Part shown: piece by piece, positions 61,780 through 64,000 of the stretch
Numbering within the stretch: the first letter of the stretch is position 1
Layout of the letters: every line of letters starts with the position of its first letter
Assembly (NCBI GenBank): GCA_965287045.1
Contig: OZ336881.1
Coordinates: 49,600,001-49,664,000 of the forward strand
DNA: 64,000 nt
Reading direction: 5' to 3'
Source of the DNA: Carcharhinus amblyrhynchos
Lineage: Eukaryota
The notes under the pieces: generated by a model
Told to the model about the DNA's origin: nothing
Database searches by the model: none
Seen by the model: the letters and a program-made list of their open reading frames with translations, nothing else
Made by a program: the position numbers and the translations under genes

Positions 61780-62719
61780 AAGTAACAAAAACGAGTAAGA
61801 ATGATTTACTTGCTGAAAAGAGAGATTGAATGATTCTACCCTGAGGTTTTTTTTGCATGTCTTAAGAGTTAAGAAGTCTTAAGTGTCTGAAAATTAAGAC
61901 ACATTAAAGACAACCTTAAAGTTCAGTACAGCAGTCCTGATTTTCTTAATTATATTTAAGGTATACTGTACATACATTAAAACTAAGGTAAAATAATTTT
62001 TAATATTTACTAATTTGCCAATCAGTGGTTAAAAAATCTGCAAATCTGAAGTAAAGGCAAAAGAAGCTGGAAATATACAACAGATCCATCATGATTGGAA
62101 ACAAGAAAAATAGGTTAGCATTTACGTGTACCTATCTGTGTTTCTATCTTGCTTTCCTCCTTTAAGACACTCTTTAAAACCATGTTTCTTTGCTCAGGTT
62201 TTGATTATCTGACCTATTATCTGGCGTGTTCAATATCATTTTGTTTTATAATGCTCCTATGAAGCACCATGGGTTGTTTAATTACATTAAAGGCACAATA
62301 AAAATAGAAATTCTTCCTAGCAGCACTATTGGTCACTACATGAGATCCAAGGGTTCAAGAAGGCAGCTCACCACTTCCTTCTCCAGGGGAAATATGATGA
62401 GCAATAAAACTGGCCTAAGCAGTGATACTCACATCCCATGAAATAATATGTTTTAAAAAGTTGCTGTAATTGATCATTCATCAAAGGAAAACTGTTTTGC
62501 ACTGTATTACAGGAAATTGTCTCATCTACCTTAGATGCATTTATAATTTGCGTAACCCTAACTGTATTCTCTCCATCACTATGACTGTAATATTATCCAC
62601 ATGCCCCTGCCTCAGCCCATCAATTATTCCCTTTGTTAGTTCCAAATGTTCCAGTTCTTTCTAGGCTGGCTATCATCCAATTCTGGCCTCTTGTAAGTTC
62701 CAAATTTCCATCTGCCCAT

Positions 62720-63040
62720 AATGATATTATCACTGGACTAGTCATCCAGAAACCCAGGGTAATGATCTGGGGCCCCAGGTTCAAATCCTATCATGGCAGA
62801 TGGTAAAATTTGAATTTAATAAAAATCTGGAATGATGATATGAAACCATTGTCAATTGTCACAAAAAATCCATCTGGTTCTCTAATGTCCTTTAGGGAAG
62901 GAAATCTGCTACCCTTACCCAGTCTGGCCTATATGTGACTCCAGTCCCACAGCATGTAGTTGACTCTTAAATTGCCTAGCAAGCCATCAATTCAATAAAA
63001 ATTGGCCCAGCTAGCAATGCCCACATCCCATGAAGGAATA
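62720..63040 (+). mobile_element. Second tRNA-derived SINE family (another copy at 53527-53730)
   Basis: ACTGGACTAGT..TCCAGAAAC...GGTTCAAATCC head; tail shared with the 29.9 kb LINE end. Confidence 0.75.
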
Positions 63041-64000
63041 CAAAATATGCCTTCAGATGTCTAAGCCGTAAGTTCTGGAATTCTCTCCTGAAACCTCTCT
63101 TGTTATCTAACTTTCCTCCTTTAAGTTACTATATAGGTATACCACTTTAACTTTCTTTAGTTATCTATCCAAATTTTTCCTTATGAGTTGGGACATTTTA
63201 CTAAGGTTGTTGTTGAAGGGAGGGTAGGTGAAATTAATTTATTATAAAACAAGACGACAAAATAGTCTAGCTTCCAATCTTTAAAATGTTGATCTGTGAC
63301 AATGAAGCACACCAAAGTTTAACTTTAAAGGCTTATCCATTTGAACTTTCAGATGAGACATAGGTTGGGATTTTCTGCCTGCGCCCTCCCAAAAACTAGA
63401 AAATTCCGGCTGAAGTCAACAGACATTTCCATGGTCCACCCTCGGCTACAATTCCCGTGACGGGCGGGATGAGAAAATTCCCCCCGTATAGCTGAAGGAT
63501 TGGCTCAAGTAAAACATTCCATGACGCTATTCAAAGAATAGCAGGGTAGTTAACCTACTGTCCTAGACAACACTTATCCCTCAAGGGGCAGGCATGAAAT
63601 GGAGTTCACACCAAAATCTGATCAGCCATTACCTGATTGAATGGCAGATAGACTCAAGAGATCAATAAGGCCACACCTAGTCCTACTTACATTAAACAAA
63701 ACTATACAGATTATCTGATCATTGATTATATGTCCTTGCTTTGTGAGAATTAGCTGCAGCTTTTGCGTACAGCTTCAAAGTAATTAATTGGCTCTAAAAT
63801 GACCTAGGACATGCTCTAAAGTCATGAAAGATGTTAAATAAATATTTGATAGGGCTTCATATTAAGTAGATATATATATATTTGGTTCAAGGTGCATTCT
63901 ATGCACTGTGAAACATTCTTTCAGACATTTCTATAAGGAGATTCACTGAAAACATTTATTTCTTGAATTATTTGGATATCCAAATTAGTGGTTCCAATAG

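Overview
Vertebrate genomic DNA, almost certainly a cartilaginous fish (shark-type CR1 LINEs, HE1-type tRNA SINEs and Penelope remnants). The window holds the last eight coding exons of a TATDN3 gene (TatD DNase, + strand, 66..61757; the 5' exons lie upstream). Its long introns are packed with young and old CR1 LINEs, SINEs, L2/Rex1/Penelope fragments and Harbinger-like non-autonomous elements. Between the repeats, mostly antisense to TATDN3, are decayed reading frames that by hand translation carry motifs of segmented negative-strand RNA virus polymerases (bunyavirus L / orthomyxovirus PB1 type): RY motif G, motif F, CVAGDNTQW motif A, a GSxDF-like motif C, FY..SPKKS motif D and LLGSL. They appear to form a cluster of at least two distinct endogenous viral element lineages, one present in about four diverged copies. 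An 842-bp near-perfect inverted duplication overlaps one copy and should fold the pre-mRNA into long dsRNA. The viral assignment rests on motifs read by eye and needs tBLASTn/HMM confirmation.
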